Of a DNA stretch of 64,000 bases, positions 48,705 through 60,071 are shown one piece after another. Every line of letters begins with the position of its first letter. The stretch's first letter is position 1. The notes under the pieces were generated by a model. It was not told the DNA's origin and made no database searches. It saw only the letters and a program-made list of their open reading frames with translations. Source of the DNA: Candidatus Bathyarchaeia archaeon (GTDB lineage Archaea; Thermoproteota; Bathyarchaeia; Bathyarchaeales; Bathycorpusculaceae); contig JBMFOB010000002.1 of the NCBI GenBank assembly GCA_049969855.1, forward strand, positions 1 to 64,000. Reading direction: 5' to 3'. The position numbers and the translations under genes are program-made.

Positions 48705-50024
48705 ATGAAGTTGGATTCCATTGGTGATTGGCGTAGGACGCATTATTCGGTTGATGTTAAACCTGAAATGGATGGTTTAGAAGTTACGCTTTTCGGTTGG
48801 GTTCAAGAGATTAGGGATTTGGGTGGAATCCGCTTTATAATATTGCAGGATAGAGAAGGCACAATTCAAGTTACTATTCCACGGAAAAAGGTTACGAGCG
48901 AAGTTTTATCGAAATCTGATGTTTTGCAGAAAAGGTATAGCATAGGCGTGAAGGGAACTGTGAAGAAAACTGAAGTAACCCCAAGAGGAGTCGAAGTTAT
49001 ACCGAAGGAGATTAAAATTTTCGGCACAGCTGCTCCTCAATTACCCATCGACATTACTGGAAAGACGCCTGCAAGTTTGGAAACGCGGTTGGATGCCAGA
49101 GCCTTAGACCTTTGTCAAGACAAAAATTTGGCAGTTTTCAAAATTCAACACACAGCGGTAGAAGCCATTCGAAATTTCCTATTTGAGAGAGGCTTCATAG
49201 AAGTGCATACGCCACGGATTATTGCCTCCGCAACTGAAGGCGGCGCAGCCCTTTTCCCAGTTGATTATTTTGGCAGAAAGACTTTTCTCGCCCAAAGTCC
49301 GCAATTGTATAAAGAACAACTTGTCATGAGTCTTGAAAAAGTTTTTGAAGTGGGTCCATTTTTTAGGGCTGAAGAATCTCATACAAGATTTCACACCAGC
49401 GAGTTCGTTTCAATTGATATCGAGCAAGCTTTTGCGAATGCTGAAGATGTAATGCAACTGCTTGAAAAGTTGATACAGCATGTTTGCAAAGTTGTAAATG
49501 AAAAATGCAGGAAAGAGTTGGCTTTGCTTAAGCATAAAATTGAGGTTCCAACGGTTCCGTTTAAACGTTTGACTTACGATGAGGTTCTCCAAGAGTTAAA
49601 AAGTGAAGGAGTAAACATTCCATGGGGAGAAGACATTCCAACTCCAGCCCTAAGAACTCTCGGCAAAATTCACCCATACTTTTACTTCATAATTGACTGG
49701 CCCACCCACTCCAAAGCCTTCTACATAAAGCCCCGTGATGATAATCCGGAAATTTGCGAAGGCTTTGATTTGATGTGGCGTTGGCTTGAGCTTGTTTCTG
49801 GTGGCACAAGGATTGCAATAAAAGAGCTGTTAATAAAGCGTTTACAAGAGAAGGGGTTAAACCCAGAAGCGTTCAAGTTTCATTTGCAGGCTTTTGATTA
49901 TGGTATGCCTCCGCATGCTGGTTGGGCTATTGGCTTGGAACGTTTAACTATGATGTTGACTGGTAAAAGGAACATTAGAGAAGTGACGCTTTATCCGAGG
50001 GACAAGTTTAGAGTAACCCCATAA
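48705..50024 (+). CDS. aspS: Aspartyl-tRNA synthetase (archaeal type)
   Basis: RTHYS, GWV..IRDLG, ATEGGA, LAQSPQLYK, FRAE, GMPPHAG..IG.ERL. Confidence 0.96.
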   Translation: MKLDSIGDWRRTHYSVDVKPEMDGLEVTLFGWVQEIRDLGGIRFIILQDREGTIQVTIPRKKVTSEVLSKSDVLQKRYSIGVKGTVKKTEVTPRGVEVIPKEIKIFGTAAPQLPIDITGKTPASLETRLDARALDLCQDKNLAVFKIQHTAVEAIRNFLFERGFIEVHTPRIIASATEGGAALFPVDYFGRKTFLAQSPQLYKEQLVMSLEKVFEVGPFFRAEESHTRFHTSEFVSIDIEQAFANAEDVMQLLEKLIQHVCKVVNEKCRKELALLKHKIEVPTVPFKRLTYDEVLQELKSEGVNIPWGEDIPTPALRTLGKIHPYFYFIIDWPTHSKAFYIKPRDDNPEICEGFDLMWRWLELVSGGTRIAIKELLIKRLQEKGLNPEAFKFHLQAFDYGMPPHAGWAIGLERLTMMLTGKRNIREVTLYPRDKFRVTP

Positions 50025-50164
50025 AATTCTCCATACTTTTGGAGCTTTTCTTTTCCAATAGAACCCTACCCTCTCTAGGATTTTTCTGGTTTTATCTTAT
50101 AGAAGCATCCTACAGAATGGATAAAGAGGTGTCTGCGAATTATCTATAGTGGAGGAAGGAAAGC

Positions 50165-50602
50165 GTGAAGAAAAAATATTCCTTGTTGTCTCTTGCCATA
50201 GTTGCCTTGTTTCTCACCATTAGCCTTTCAACAATACGTTCAGAAGAAACGCAGTGGCTTTGTTTTGCATGCGAAGACGGCGGCGTTGTTGACAAAGTAC
50301 CATGTGAAGCTTTCACAGTGAAAATAGCTTTCAAAAACACTGGCAAATGTGAAGGCACATGGTCTATTAACATAGCCTTTGAAGGCGAAGCTTGGACTTG
50401 GAGTGGGACACCGCAAACATTAACTCTTAAACCGTGTAAAACAAAAACTTTGACATGGAATGGAACTGTTCCATGTGACGCTCCAATAAATTCCGTAGCA
50501 CGCTTAATAGTTTATTACAATGATTCTTTTGTGGCGCTGAACTGGTGGGTTCACATAATTTCTGGAGCGGAACTGGCAATAACCTCAAGCACTGTGGAAT
50601 AA
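50165..50602 (+). CDS. Small secreted Ig-like protein
   Basis: Signal peptide; F.V.IAFKNTG..EG.W CARDB-like strand pattern; several Cys. Confidence 0.6.
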   Translation: MKKKYSLLSLAIVALFLTISLSTIRSEETQWLCFACEDGGVVDKVPCEAFTVKIAFKNTGKCEGTWSINIAFEGEAWTWSGTPQTLTLKPCKTKTLTWNGTVPCDAPINSVARLIVYYNDSFVALNWWVHIISGAELAITSSTVE

Positions 50603-50728
50603 AGCAGCAGCAATGCAACAATCGCTTCGCATCGGTTCTGTAAAATTTAACATATTTTTTAGTTAAAAATGTCATAAAAACTGATAAACACCAACTTCTC
50701 TATTCGCAACAAGAGGAGAAAAACCAAA

Positions 50729-52216
50729 ATGGGCTGCGGAGTATTTGGAGCAATAAACTTCGAAGAACAGCCCATATTCCCATACATATACTGGGGCATG
50801 AGAGCCCAAAACCACAGGGGACACCAATCTCACGGATTCCTAACATTTGATAATGGAAAGTTCCACGTTCACAGAAGCCTAGACCTCATACCAAAAATAA
50901 AAACAAGCGCCATCCAAGAATGGTTTGGGCGTTTACCAGGGCGTGTGGGCATAGCAAATGTTAGATACACAACTTCTGGAAAATGCGACGAAAAATCGTT
51001 AATAAAGGGTACTCAACCTGTAACAGTCTCAAAAAACGGATTGGAATTGGCTGTTTCCTTTAATGGTAACGTTGTCAATGTATTCCAAGTTAAAGAGGAA
51101 ATAAGCAAATATTTCCCGAAATTTTCCTATGAATGTGACGCCGACCTCATCTCCCACAAACTCCTTATAGAATTATTAAAGAAAAAAGACATTGCATCAG
51201 CAGCAAAAACATGCATGAAAGAAATTGAAGGTGCCTTTTCAGTGGCTGGCATAACAAAAAACGGCGAATTTTTCGCCTTCAAAGACCCAAATGGAATAAG
51301 ACCATTGTGCGCTGGACACAGCGAAGACAAAACAACATACGCCTTCTCCTCAGAAACCGTGGGTTTAGACATAAACGGCTTCAAAAAAGCCTTTGAAATT
51401 GAGCCAGGCGAACTCGTAACCATTTCAAAGGATGGATTTCAAAGAGAGAAATTAGTGAATGGAGGCTGCAAGGCTTTCTGCGCCTTTGAATTTGCATATT
51501 TCGCCAGACCAGACTCATGTTTTGACGACAGATATGTTTATGAAGTCAGAGAGGAGTTCGGAAGAAATCTTGTTAGAGAAAACCCAGAGATAGCCAAAAA
51601 CGCAGACATAGTCATCTCCATTCCAGAAACAGGCGACGACGCAGCCTTTGGAGTTCATGAAGAATCTGGCTTAAAATGGGAAAGGGCTTCACGAAGGCAT
51701 CGTTTCGTAACTGAGAGAGCCTTCATTTTGCTGAATAGGGAGCGTTATGCAACCATAGACCGCAAAATTAACATTATAGCCTCAAAAGTTAATGGAAAAC
51801 GTGTCATAGTCACAGAAGACAGCATCGTGCGCGGCGACACAACAAAAATTGTTATAGAGAAACTCCGCAGAATGGGAGCAAAAAAGGTTTACCTTTTCGT
51901 AACTTTTCCACGCATAATTGGACCATGCTTCTATGGAATAGACATGGCAACATACGGTCAACTAATAGGCTCTAAACATACGGCTGAAGAAATAGCAAAA
52001 ATAATAGGTGCAGACGCAGTCTGCTACCAGTCCATAGATGGTTTCGTAAAAGCCACGGGATTCCGCCGTGACCAACTTTGTTTAGCATGCGTAACTGGCA
52101 AATATCCAACACCACTGGCACAAAAAATAGCAGATGAGATGAAAAAGAAATTCCTTGAAGGCTACGAGGAAAAGGGAAGGCTTTACGAGATAGCTGAAGC
52201 CGTCCAAAAAGCCTAG
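50729..52216 (+). CDS. purF: Amidophosphoribosyltransferase
   Basis: N-terminal CGVFG, HRG, RYTT.G, NGN, D..GIRPL, CAFEFAYFARPDS, EDSIVRG.T, GID, CLAC. Confidence 0.95.
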   Translation: MGCGVFGAINFEEQPIFPYIYWGMRAQNHRGHQSHGFLTFDNGKFHVHRSLDLIPKIKTSAIQEWFGRLPGRVGIANVRYTTSGKCDEKSLIKGTQPVTVSKNGLELAVSFNGNVVNVFQVKEEISKYFPKFSYECDADLISHKLLIELLKKKDIASAAKTCMKEIEGAFSVAGITKNGEFFAFKDPNGIRPLCAGHSEDKTTYAFSSETVGLDINGFKKAFEIEPGELVTISKDGFQREKLVNGGCKAFCAFEFAYFARPDSCFDDRYVYEVREEFGRNLVRENPEIAKNADIVISIPETGDDAAFGVHEESGLKWERASRRHRFVTERAFILLNRERYATIDRKINIIASKVNGKRVIVTEDSIVRGDTTKIVIEKLRRMGAKKVYLFVTFPRIIGPCFYGIDMATYGQLIGSKHTAEEIAKIIGADAVCYQSIDGFVKATGFRRDQLCLACVTGKYPTPLAQKIADEMKKKFLEGYEEKGRLYEIAEAVQKA

Positions 52217-52271
52217 CGCCAAAAATAAAATAGGCTTCAAACTTACTTCCATAACTAAAGGGACGCATGAC

Positions 52272-53681
52272 ATGGAGAAAGTTGGCATACTCGTGGTTTC
52301 TTATGGCGCAAGAGAAGTAGCCATGATAGACGCTTTTACACGCAGCACAAAATATGATGTGAAAGTTTATGTTGTTGATAAACAACGCAACCCCTTCAAC
52401 GTCAAAAAAGCAGCAGAGCACGTTGTCGTGCCAGACTTAAATGTTGATGAAATATGCAAGTTTGCAGAAAACAATAAGGATGAGATCGCCTTTGGCATAG
52501 TTGGACCAGAAAAACCAATAATTGAAGGCGTCCGCGACCTATTGGAAAAGCGGACTGGCATACCCATCATTTGTCCAAAAAAGGAATATGCCATAGAAGC
52601 AAGCAAAGTGCAGCAGCGCTTATTATTCCAAAAAATAGTGCCAGAAGTGAATCCACGCTTCAAAATTTTCAACCCAAAAGATTACAAAAGCCAAGAAGAT
52701 GCGAAGAAGGCTGTTTACAAATGGCTGGATGAGCTTGGGGATATGGCTGTTGTTAAACCAGACCAGCCAGCAGCAGGAAAAGGCGTTGGCGTTTGGGGAG
52801 ACCATTTTACAACCCGCGAGGAATTGTTTGAGCATTTTATGGCAAATTTCCAGCATGGCTCAGTAATAATTGAAGAAAAAATCGATGGCGAAGAATCGAG
52901 TTTTCAAGCCTTCTGTGATGGCAAACACTTGGTGCCCTTACCAGAAACGAGGGATTATAAGCGAGCCTTTGACGGTGACAAGGGTCCGAACACTGGTGGA
53001 ATGGGTTCTTATAAGAATGTTGGCGATGTTTTGCCCTTTATGACTGATGCTGATAGGGCTAGGGAAGTTGAGATTGTTAAGCGAATCTTTGAAAAGTGGG
53101 AGGTTAAAGATAAAAGCGGCTTAAGGGGTATCCCGTTCTATGTGGCTTTCATGCACACAAGCGAAGAACCAAAAATCCTTGAGAACAACAGCAGACCCGG
53201 AGACCCAGAAATAATCAACATATTGCCAATTTTAAAGGATGATTTTGTGGACATTTGCTTCAAAATTTTGGAAGGAAACCTAACAAAAATCGAATTAGAA
53301 AAAACTGCAACAGTCGTAACCTACAAGGTTCCACCAAACTACGGCGGATACATTGATGCTTTTCCACAACTTGTGGACAAGAACGAAATTGGCACACCAG
53401 TCAACCTAACAGAAGCTTACGAACTAACAAAAAAGTATGGTGAAAAAATCAGCATCTACCCAGCATCCATGGAACTCCGCAACAACGAAACCTACGCTCT
53501 CAAATCTAGAGCTGTTGGCGTTGTGGGCATAGGCGAAAACATAGAGGCTGCTAGAAGAGTTTCTTGGGAAGGCATAAAAGCCATTAAAGGCGGAGCATTG
53601 TGGCATAGGAAAGACATAGCCTCAAAAAGGCATATAACAAAAAGCATTAAGCATATGAAGCGTTTGAGGCTTAAAAAGTGA
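52272..53681 (+). CDS. purD: Phosphoribosylamine--glycine ligase
   Basis: GARE, VGPE, EASK, AAGKGV, DYKR.FDGD.GPNTGGMG, NSRPGDPE. Confidence 0.93.
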   Translation: MEKVGILVVSYGAREVAMIDAFTRSTKYDVKVYVVDKQRNPFNVKKAAEHVVVPDLNVDEICKFAENNKDEIAFGIVGPEKPIIEGVRDLLEKRTGIPIICPKKEYAIEASKVQQRLLFQKIVPEVNPRFKIFNPKDYKSQEDAKKAVYKWLDELGDMAVVKPDQPAAGKGVGVWGDHFTTREELFEHFMANFQHGSVIIEEKIDGEESSFQAFCDGKHLVPLPETRDYKRAFDGDKGPNTGGMGSYKNVGDVLPFMTDADRAREVEIVKRIFEKWEVKDKSGLRGIPFYVAFMHTSEEPKILENNSRPGDPEIINILPILKDDFVDICFKILEGNLTKIELEKTATVVTYKVPPNYGGYIDAFPQLVDKNEIGTPVNLTEAYELTKKYGEKISIYPASMELRNNETYALKSRAVGVVGIGENIEAARRVSWEGIKAIKGGALWHRKDIASKRHITKSIKHMKRLRLKK

Positions 53682-54760
53682 AAAGAGTTTTCATATCAGA
53701 CTGTGAAGGACCAATCTCAAAAAATGATAATGCCTTTGAAATAACATCCCATTACGTTCCACACGGCGACAAACTTTTCACGGTAATAAGTAAATATGAC
53801 GATGTTTTGGCAGAAGTCCTAAAAAGACCAAATTATAAGGCTGGAGACACTTTAAAACTTATACTGCCTTTCTTGAAGGCTTATGATGTTACAGACGCCA
53901 AAATGCGGGAATTTTCTGCCAAAAGCCTACTTTTAATTGCTAATGTTAAGGATATGCTGTCACATGTGAGAAATGCAGCCCACGCTTTTATCGTTAGCAC
54001 AAGCTATCAGCATTACATAGAGGCTTTATGTCAAGCCTTGAATTTTCCATACGAGAACACCTACTGCACAAGGCTATGCCTTGACAAATACCCCATAACC
54101 GAGAAAGAAAGAAGTGAACTGAAAGAATTGGCGAGAGAAATTGCAGAAATGCCCCTAATTAAAATCCCACCAAACGCAAAAACCATGAGCGACTTTTCCA
54201 AAAAAGACCAAGAGTTAATTGATCGGCTGGACGAAATTTTCTGGAATACCATAACAAAAATGGACATTGGCAAAATTTTCTCCGAAGTTAATCCAGTTGG
54301 AGGAAGCGAGAAAGCCGAAGCCGTGAAAGATGCAGCTAAAAAGGTTGGTGTTGAGCTAAGCGATGTGATGTATGTGGGCGACAGCATAACAGATGTAGAA
54401 GCATTTAGGCTTGTGAAACAAAATGGCGGCTTAGCCGTCTCCTTCAATGGTAACGAGTATGCCGTAAGAAATGCTGAAATTGCCATACTATCCGAAAATA
54501 GCATAGCCACTGCGATAATTGCAGAATTATTTAGCAAATTTGGGAAACAAGAAACCCTAAAGATTGTTGAAAATTGGAGTCATGAAACACTAAAGAAAAG
54601 CTCCATAAACCAGACATTACTTAACAACCTTTCCGGTTTGTATCCTAAAAAATTGCCCAAAGTTAAAATAATAACAAAAGAGAATATGAAGACTCTGGCA
54701 AAAGAAAGTAGCAAATTCAGAAAAAGGGTTAGAGGCGAAGCCATAGGAAGGCTGGGATAA
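53678..54760 (+). CDS. HAD-superfamily hydrolase (COG4030 / EhaR-like)
   Basis: SDCEGP.SKNDNA.E (motif I variant), [20 protein letters not shown]; GTGA overlap with purD. Confidence 0.8.
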   Translation: MKRVFISDCEGPISKNDNAFEITSHYVPHGDKLFTVISKYDDVLAEVLKRPNYKAGDTLKLILPFLKAYDVTDAKMREFSAKSLLLIANVKDMLSHVRNAAHAFIVSTSYQHYIEALCQALNFPYENTYCTRLCLDKYPITEKERSELKELAREIAEMPLIKIPPNAKTMSDFSKKDQELIDRLDEIFWNTITKMDIGKIFSEVNPVGGSEKAEAVKDAAKKVGVELSDVMYVGDSITDVEAFRLVKQNGGLAVSFNGNEYAVRNAEIAILSENSIATAIIAELFSKFGKQETLKIVENWSHETLKKSSINQTLLNNLSGLYPKKLPKVKIITKENMKTLAKESSKFRKRVRGEAIGRLG

Positions 54761-54761
54761 A

Positions 54762-55673
54762 ATGGTAAAGAAGGCTGAAGTTGAAGACGCTTATGCAGAG
54801 GCCTTTGAAGGAATATTCACCAGAATAATAGTTACCGCTGATGGTGAAGAAACACTACGAAAAGCAGCAGAAGACGCAACAGCAACACCATCCATAGTCA
54901 TTGGCAGAGTTGAAGGAGGAATAGAAAAATGGCTAAGCAAAAAAGAAACCCCAGACAAACGCCAAGGCGCTTTGCTCCAGTTTTGGGGTGGAATAGACCC
55001 AAAAAAGCCCTTTTCAGACTCTGTTAAAAAATTTGAGGTTGAGCTTTCCTACAGAATCCGCCAAGACATTCTCGTTAAACCTTTTACGGCAGTTTTTGAC
55101 GCAACGCAAAAGGCTGAAGGGAAAATTGACATGATGGAGCGTGTAGGACATTGCGGAGATGGTTATGAGTGGGTTGAAAAACGTTTTGGACGCGAAGTTA
55201 TTGTCGTTCCCATAATGGTTCCGGACTTCATTATCGAACGCTATTTAGGCTATGCCCATGGAGTTATGGGTGCGAATTTTTGGGTTATGTGCAAAACAAA
55301 AGAAGCCTTGAAAAAGGCTGGAGAAAAAGCCTTAGAAGCAATTCACAAAATTGATGGTGTAATAACGCCTTTTGATGTTTGTTCTGCGGGTTCTAAGCCT
55401 GAAACAAGTTTTCCATGGATTGGACCGACAACAAACCATCCATACTGTCCGTCCCTAAAAAAGAAGTTAGGCAAAGAATCTAAAGTTCCCGAAGGCGTCA
55501 ACTACATTCCAGAAATCGTAATCAATGGGGTTTCACTGGAAGCTGTGAAAAAGGCTATGCGGGCTGGCATAGACGCAGCATTAGGCGTTGAGGGTGTTGT
55601 GAAGGTTTCTGCTGGAAATTATGGTGGAAAACTTGGCAATTATAAGATTTATTTGCGTGAGCTGTTTTCATGA
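54762..55673 (+). CDS. ftr: Formylmethanofuran--H4MPT formyltransferase (Ftr) family protein, divergent
   Basis: [43 protein letters not shown]. Confidence 0.85.
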   Translation: MVKKAEVEDAYAEAFEGIFTRIIVTADGEETLRKAAEDATATPSIVIGRVEGGIEKWLSKKETPDKRQGALLQFWGGIDPKKPFSDSVKKFEVELSYRIRQDILVKPFTAVFDATQKAEGKIDMMERVGHCGDGYEWVEKRFGREVIVVPIMVPDFIIERYLGYAHGVMGANFWVMCKTKEALKKAGEKALEAIHKIDGVITPFDVCSAGSKPETSFPWIGPTTNHPYCPSLKKKLGKESKVPEGVNYIPEIVINGVSLEAVKKAMRAGIDAALGVEGVVKVSAGNYGGKLGNYKIYLRELFS

Positions 55674-56584
55674 ACACTTTTGACGTTATAGGATTCGGCG
55701 CCTTAAACGTCGACAAACTTTTCAAAGTGAATAAAATAGCTGGGGCTGAAGAAGAAGGCTTCATTATGAACTGTGAAGAATGGTGTGGGGGCTCAGCGGC
55801 AAACACTATCGTCGGCTTGGCAAAGCTAGGTTGCAAAGTTGGTTTTATAGGAAAAATAGCCAAGGATAGGGAAGGAAAAATGCTCATTGAAGATTTTCGT
55901 AAGGAAGGCGTTGACACAAACGGCATAGTCTACGCAAAAGGTGGCAGAAGCGGAACAGTCATGGGTTTCGTGGATGAAAAGGGCGAAAGAGCCTTATATG
56001 TGGACCCAGGCGTGAACGATACGATAGAGTTTAACGAAATAAGCAAGGATTACGCTTTTAGCACGCAATTTTTGCATTTAAGCTCCTTTGTTGGAGAAAA
56101 GTCCTTCCAAACCCAAAAAAGGCTTGTTGAAATATTGCCCGAAAATGTTAAGGTAAGCCTTGACCCTGGAGAATTATACGCCAGAAAAGGACTAGCCGCG
56201 TTAGAGCCCATGATAAAGCGCACTTTTGTTTTGATGCCAAATCAAAGAGAACTCCAACTTCTAACCAAAGCGAAAGATTACAAAAAAGGCGCTGAGGTTC
56301 TGCTTGAAAATGGCGTTAAAATAGTTGCTGTAAAACTTGGCAATAAAGGCTGTTATGTTACGGATGGAAAGGAAAACCACCAGATAAACCGCTTTAACGT
56401 AAAAGTTGTTGACACCACGGGTGCTGGTGATGCCTTCTGTGCAGGCTTCCTATACGGCTTAATTAATGGTAAAAGTTTGTACGAATGCGGAAGGCTGGGT
56501 AATTTTGTAGCTTCAAGGTGCATAATGAAAATGGGTGCCAGAACAGGACTTCCACACATTGAAGATTTAAAGCTTCTTCGTTAA
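55670..56584 (+). CDS. PfkB/ribokinase-family kinase (nucleoside-kinase-like)
   Basis: [29 protein letters not shown]; ATGA overlap with ftr. Confidence 0.9.
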   Translation: MNTFDVIGFGALNVDKLFKVNKIAGAEEEGFIMNCEEWCGGSAANTIVGLAKLGCKVGFIGKIAKDREGKMLIEDFRKEGVDTNGIVYAKGGRSGTVMGFVDEKGERALYVDPGVNDTIEFNEISKDYAFSTQFLHLSSFVGEKSFQTQKRLVEILPENVKVSLDPGELYARKGLAALEPMIKRTFVLMPNQRELQLLTKAKDYKKGAEVLLENGVKIVAVKLGNKGCYVTDGKENHQINRFNVKVVDTTGAGDAFCAGFLYGLINGKSLYECGRLGNFVASRCIMKMGARTGLPHIEDLKLLR

Positions 56585-57385
56585 GTATTCAATTAAACTT
56601 TCAAAGATTAGTTTTCCATCGCCATATTGGGGCATTTGCTTTTGTCTTGTCCAGTCTGGCTGTTGCCACCAATAAAATGCTCTTTCTGGATGCGGCATCA
56701 AACCAAAAATTGTCCCTTCTGGATTGCATATTCCAGCTATGTCATGGAAAGAGCCATTTGGGTTTGTTGGAAAACATCCATTAGCATATTCGCCACTTTT
56801 ATCACAATAGCGGAAGACTAGTTGGTCATTGTCGTAAAGTCTTTCCAGAAACGGTTTTTCCTTTTCCTTTGCAAACATGAATCTGCCTTCTGAATGGGCA
56901 ACGGGAATCCGCAAAACTTTTCCCTGAGGAATCTTCCAAGTAAATGCACATTTTCCCTTGTTTTCATGCCTAATGTAAATCCATCGACAATTATATCCAG
57001 GCGGAAAATTAGGCGCCAAAACCGCTTCAGGATAGGGACTTATTCCATCAAATCCCGGAAGAAAACCAGCCTCAACAAGCACTTGAAAGCCATTACAAAT
57101 GCCAAGGATTAAGCGATTTTCATTAACGAAAACTTTAAGCTCCTTGCCCAACTTTGCCATAATCCACTTCGCCCATATGGCGCCAGCCCGCACATAATCC
57201 CCATAAGAGAAGCCTCCTGGAAAAACCAGAACATGATATTCCAAAAGGTTTCCGCGCTTAACCAATTCACTTGCATGCAAAATTTCAGTTTGAACACTCA
57301 ACTCCTCAAAAGCCCGTTTTGTTTCTGCGTCGCAGTTTGTTCCGCCAACCCTTAAAACGCAGACTTTAATCTCTTCCCGTTTCAT
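56567..57385 (-). CDS. purQ: FGAM synthase glutaminase subunit PurQ
   Basis: GTNCD.ET, PGGFSYGDY, GICNGFQ.L, AHSEG, NPNGS, MPHPER; start ATG 57385 (ORF track 57418). Confidence 0.95.
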   Translation of the reverse strand: MKREEIKVCVLRVGGTNCDAETKRAFEELSVQTEILHASELVKRGNLLEYHVLVFPGGFSYGDYVRAGAIWAKWIMAKLGKELKVFVNENRLILGICNGFQVLVEAGFLPGFDGISPYPEAVLAPNFPPGYNCRWIYIRHENKGKCAFTWKIPQGKVLRIPVAHSEGRFMFAKEKEKPFLERLYDNDQLVFRYCDKSGEYANGCFPTNPNGSFHDIAGICNPEGTIFGLMPHPERAFYWWQQPDWTRQKQMPQYGDGKLIFESLIEYLTKKL

Positions 57386-57387
57386 GC

Positions 57388-59769
57388 TTAAACCCCGCTG
57401 CTTAGGGTTCTTTTCCAACTTGCCAACAAATCCTTCAACGAAGCATCCACAACAACTTCATCGGCTAATCCGTAAACGCATAACCTTGGAGCCTTTGCGA
57501 CTTTACCTATTTCAGCATACGCAACACCTTTAAACAGTGCCTCAAACTCTTTTTTCGCCTTTTGTGAAACTTCCACCAAAAAGCGACTGTTAGACTCCGA
57601 AAACAAAACGAAATCATTACGATTCACATTTTCTCTTGGAACCTTTCGCAATTGCAATTCCATTCCATATCCGCCAGCAAAAGCCATCTCCGCAGCCGCC
57701 ACGCCTAAACCGCCTTCAGATAAATCGTGGCAAGCCTTAACCAATCCTAAATCAACAGCCTTAGTAATTGCCCTAAAAGTTTTCATGGCTTGTTTTGCCC
57801 GCACTTTCGGCACAGAGTTTCCAACAAAACCCTTAAGCCTATAATATTCTGAACCGCCCAGCTCGTTATAGGTTTGTCCAACAATGTAGATTAAGTCGTC
57901 AACATCTTTAACATCTATGGACACAACCAAACGAACATCTGGAACTATGCCCAAAGCAGTAATTAAAAGCGTAGGCGTAACCGTTCCAAGCGGAGATTCA
58001 TTGTAAAGGCTGTCCTTTCCAGAAATAAATGGTGTTTTAAAGGCTGTTGCAAAATCATAACATGCTTCACAAGCCCTAACAAGACTGCCAAGGATTTCGG
58101 GCTTTTCCGGGTTGCCCCAAGTGAAATTATCAAGTAAGGCTATTCTTCTTCCGCCAACAGCCACATTATTTCTTATAGCTTCATCTATTGCTGAGGCAGC
58201 CATCCAATAAACATCAATTTTTCCGTAATTTGGATTCATCCCACATGAAATGGCTAAGCCTTTCCACGAATCCATCAATGGTTTAAGCACAGCCGCATCA
58301 TTAGGTCCAGCAAACTCACCATGCAACGGCTTGAGCAAAGTGTTCCCTTTAACCTCATGGTCGTAAGTGCGTATCACACTTTCTTTGCTTGCAATATTGG
58401 GCGAAGATAAAAGTTGCATAAACGTTTCAGTTAAGTTTTCTGGTTCTTGAAAGGATGGCTCCTCAAAAATTTTCGGCTTATAATGGGCGGTTCTTATAAC
58501 TTTGGGCGGTTCAAAGAGAAATGGAATCTCTATTTCCGCAACCTTTTCGCTTTGAAAATAAACCCTTAAAACCTTATCCTCTGTATATTTTCCAATAGCA
58601 TTAGCCTCCACATCCTCACTCCTGAAAACTTCTAAGACTTCTTCCAAATTTTCAGGAGAAACAGCCAAAAGCATCCGCTCTTGCGATTCAGAAACATAAA
58701 TTTCCCAAGGCGCCAAACCAGAATACTTCAAAGGAACCTTATCCAACTCAACAACAGCGCCACAACCAAAACGCTTTGCTGTTTCGCCAATAGCAGATGA
58801 TAAGCCGCCTCCGCCTAAGTCCGTTATTGCCGATGCAATCTCCAAATCTCGAATCTTAATTATCGCCCTCTTCAGCTTCTCCTCCTCAATCGGATTTGCA
58901 ATTTGAACCGCTGGTCTCGAAACCTCTTCTGACTTTTCAGTCAACACAGCAGATGCAAAAGTTACGCCGTGAATGCCATCCCGACCGGTTCTTCCTCCAG
59001 CCAAAACTATAATATCATCTGGTTTGGCGTTTCTCCTAAACTTTTTCAATGGAAGCAATCCGACGCATCCACAGTAGACAACCACATTCCCAACATAGCT
59101 TTCATCAAAGTATATGGCTCCATTAACCGTTGGAATGCCCATGTTATTGCCATAACTCCCTATACCCGCAACCACCCCCATGTAAACATATTTCGGATGC
59201 TTAACCCCAGACGGAAGCTTTTCAAATTCAAAATTTAATGGACCAAAACCCAAAACATCCATGCACGCTATCGGGTCAGCCCAAACCCCCAAAACATCAC
59301 GAATCACCCCACCAACCCCAGTGGCTGCACCACCAAAAGGCTCCACAGCAGAAGGATGGTTATGAGTTTCAACTTTAACTGCAACTCCATAACCCTTATC
59401 AAAACGGATTATGCCAGCATTATCCTCAAAAATTGAAAAACACCATCTTGGCTTAACCTCATTGGTTGCCTTTGCAATATACGTTCTAAAAAGGCTATCA
59501 ATATCTTTCCCATCAAACTTTACCTTACCCTTAAAGGTTTTGTGAAAACAATGCTCAGACCACGTTTGTCCAATTGTTTGAAGTTCCACATCTGTTGGAT
59601 TTCGCCCTTTCCGCCTAAAATATTCTTTAATACTCTTCATTTCCTGCAAATTTAATCCTATGCCAAGTTCAAGGCTTAATTCTAAAAGTTGTTGTTCAGA
59701 AGCTTCAAGAATGTTAACTTCAAAAAGTGGAAAAGGAGTTTTTCTGCGAATGTAAAGGCTTTCAGTCAT
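57388..59769 (-). CDS. purL: FGAM synthase subunit PurL
   Basis: WSEHCFHK, ETHNHPS..EP.GGA.TG, D.GGGG, SESQERM, HD.SEGG. Confidence 0.97.
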   Translation of the reverse strand: MTESLYIRRKTPFPLFEVNILEASEQQLLELSLELGIGLNLQEMKSIKEYFRRKGRNPTDVELQTIGQTWSEHCFHKTFKGKVKFDGKDIDSLFRTYIAKATNEVKPRWCFSIFEDNAGIIRFDKGYGVAVKVETHNHPSAVEPFGGAATGVGGVIRDVLGVWADPIACMDVLGFGPLNFEFEKLPSGVKHPKYVYMGVVAGIGSYGNNMGIPTVNGAIYFDESYVGNVVVYCGCVGLLPLKKFRRNAKPDDIIVLAGGRTGRDGIHGVTFASAVLTEKSEEVSRPAVQIANPIEEEKLKRAIIKIRDLEIASAITDLGGGGLSSAIGETAKRFGCGAVVELDKVPLKYSGLAPWEIYVSESQERMLLAVSPENLEEVLEVFRSEDVEANAIGKYTEDKVLRVYFQSEKVAEIEIPFLFEPPKVIRTAHYKPKIFEEPSFQEPENLTETFMQLLSSPNIASKESVIRTYDHEVKGNTLLKPLHGEFAGPNDAAVLKPLMDSWKGLAISCGMNPNYGKIDVYWMAASAIDEAIRNNVAVGGRRIALLDNFTWGNPEKPEILGSLVRACEACYDFATAFKTPFISGKDSLYNESPLGTVTPTLLITALGIVPDVRLVVSIDVKDVDDLIYIVGQTYNELGGSEYYRLKGFVGNSVPKVRAKQAMKTFRAITKAVDLGLVKACHDLSEGGLGVAAAEMAFAGGYGMELQLRKVPRENVNRNDFVLFSESNSRFLVEVSQKAKKEFEALFKGVAYAEIGKVAKAPRLCVYGLADEVVVDASLKDLLASWKRTLSSGV

Positions 59770-60017
59770 CTTTCTTCCTCAACCGTAATCACATAATCAT
59801 CCTTTGTTGGATTTGCCAAAAGTCTCCTACACATTTCATCCGCCTTCACATTGGCTTCTTCCTTGGATTCTGCTTCAAGAACTACGCTGTAAACTTTACT
59901 AACATTCGCAGCATCAACTCCATAGCCAAGCTCTCTAAGTAAACGCGCTGTGGTCTCACCCTCAGGGTCGCTGTGTCCAGGCTTTAACCTAACTTCAATT
60001 TTTAAACGGTATTTCAT
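59766..60017 (-). CDS. purS: FGAM synthase subunit PurS
   Basis: LKPG.SDPEG, LLANP. Confidence 0.93.
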   Translation of the reverse strand: MKYRLKIEVRLKPGHSDPEGETTARLLRELGYGVDAANVSKVYSVVLEAESKEEANVKADEMCRRLLANPTKDDYVITVEEER

Positions 60018-60071
60018 AGGCTAAGTTTGAGTTTTAAAAGATTTAAACACTTTTATCAGCAAAAACTAAAA

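Noticed and set aside
53678-54760. Eha energy-converting hydrogenase operon
   Set aside because: No NiFe or antiporter-like subunits are present; this is a lone HAD-fold gene
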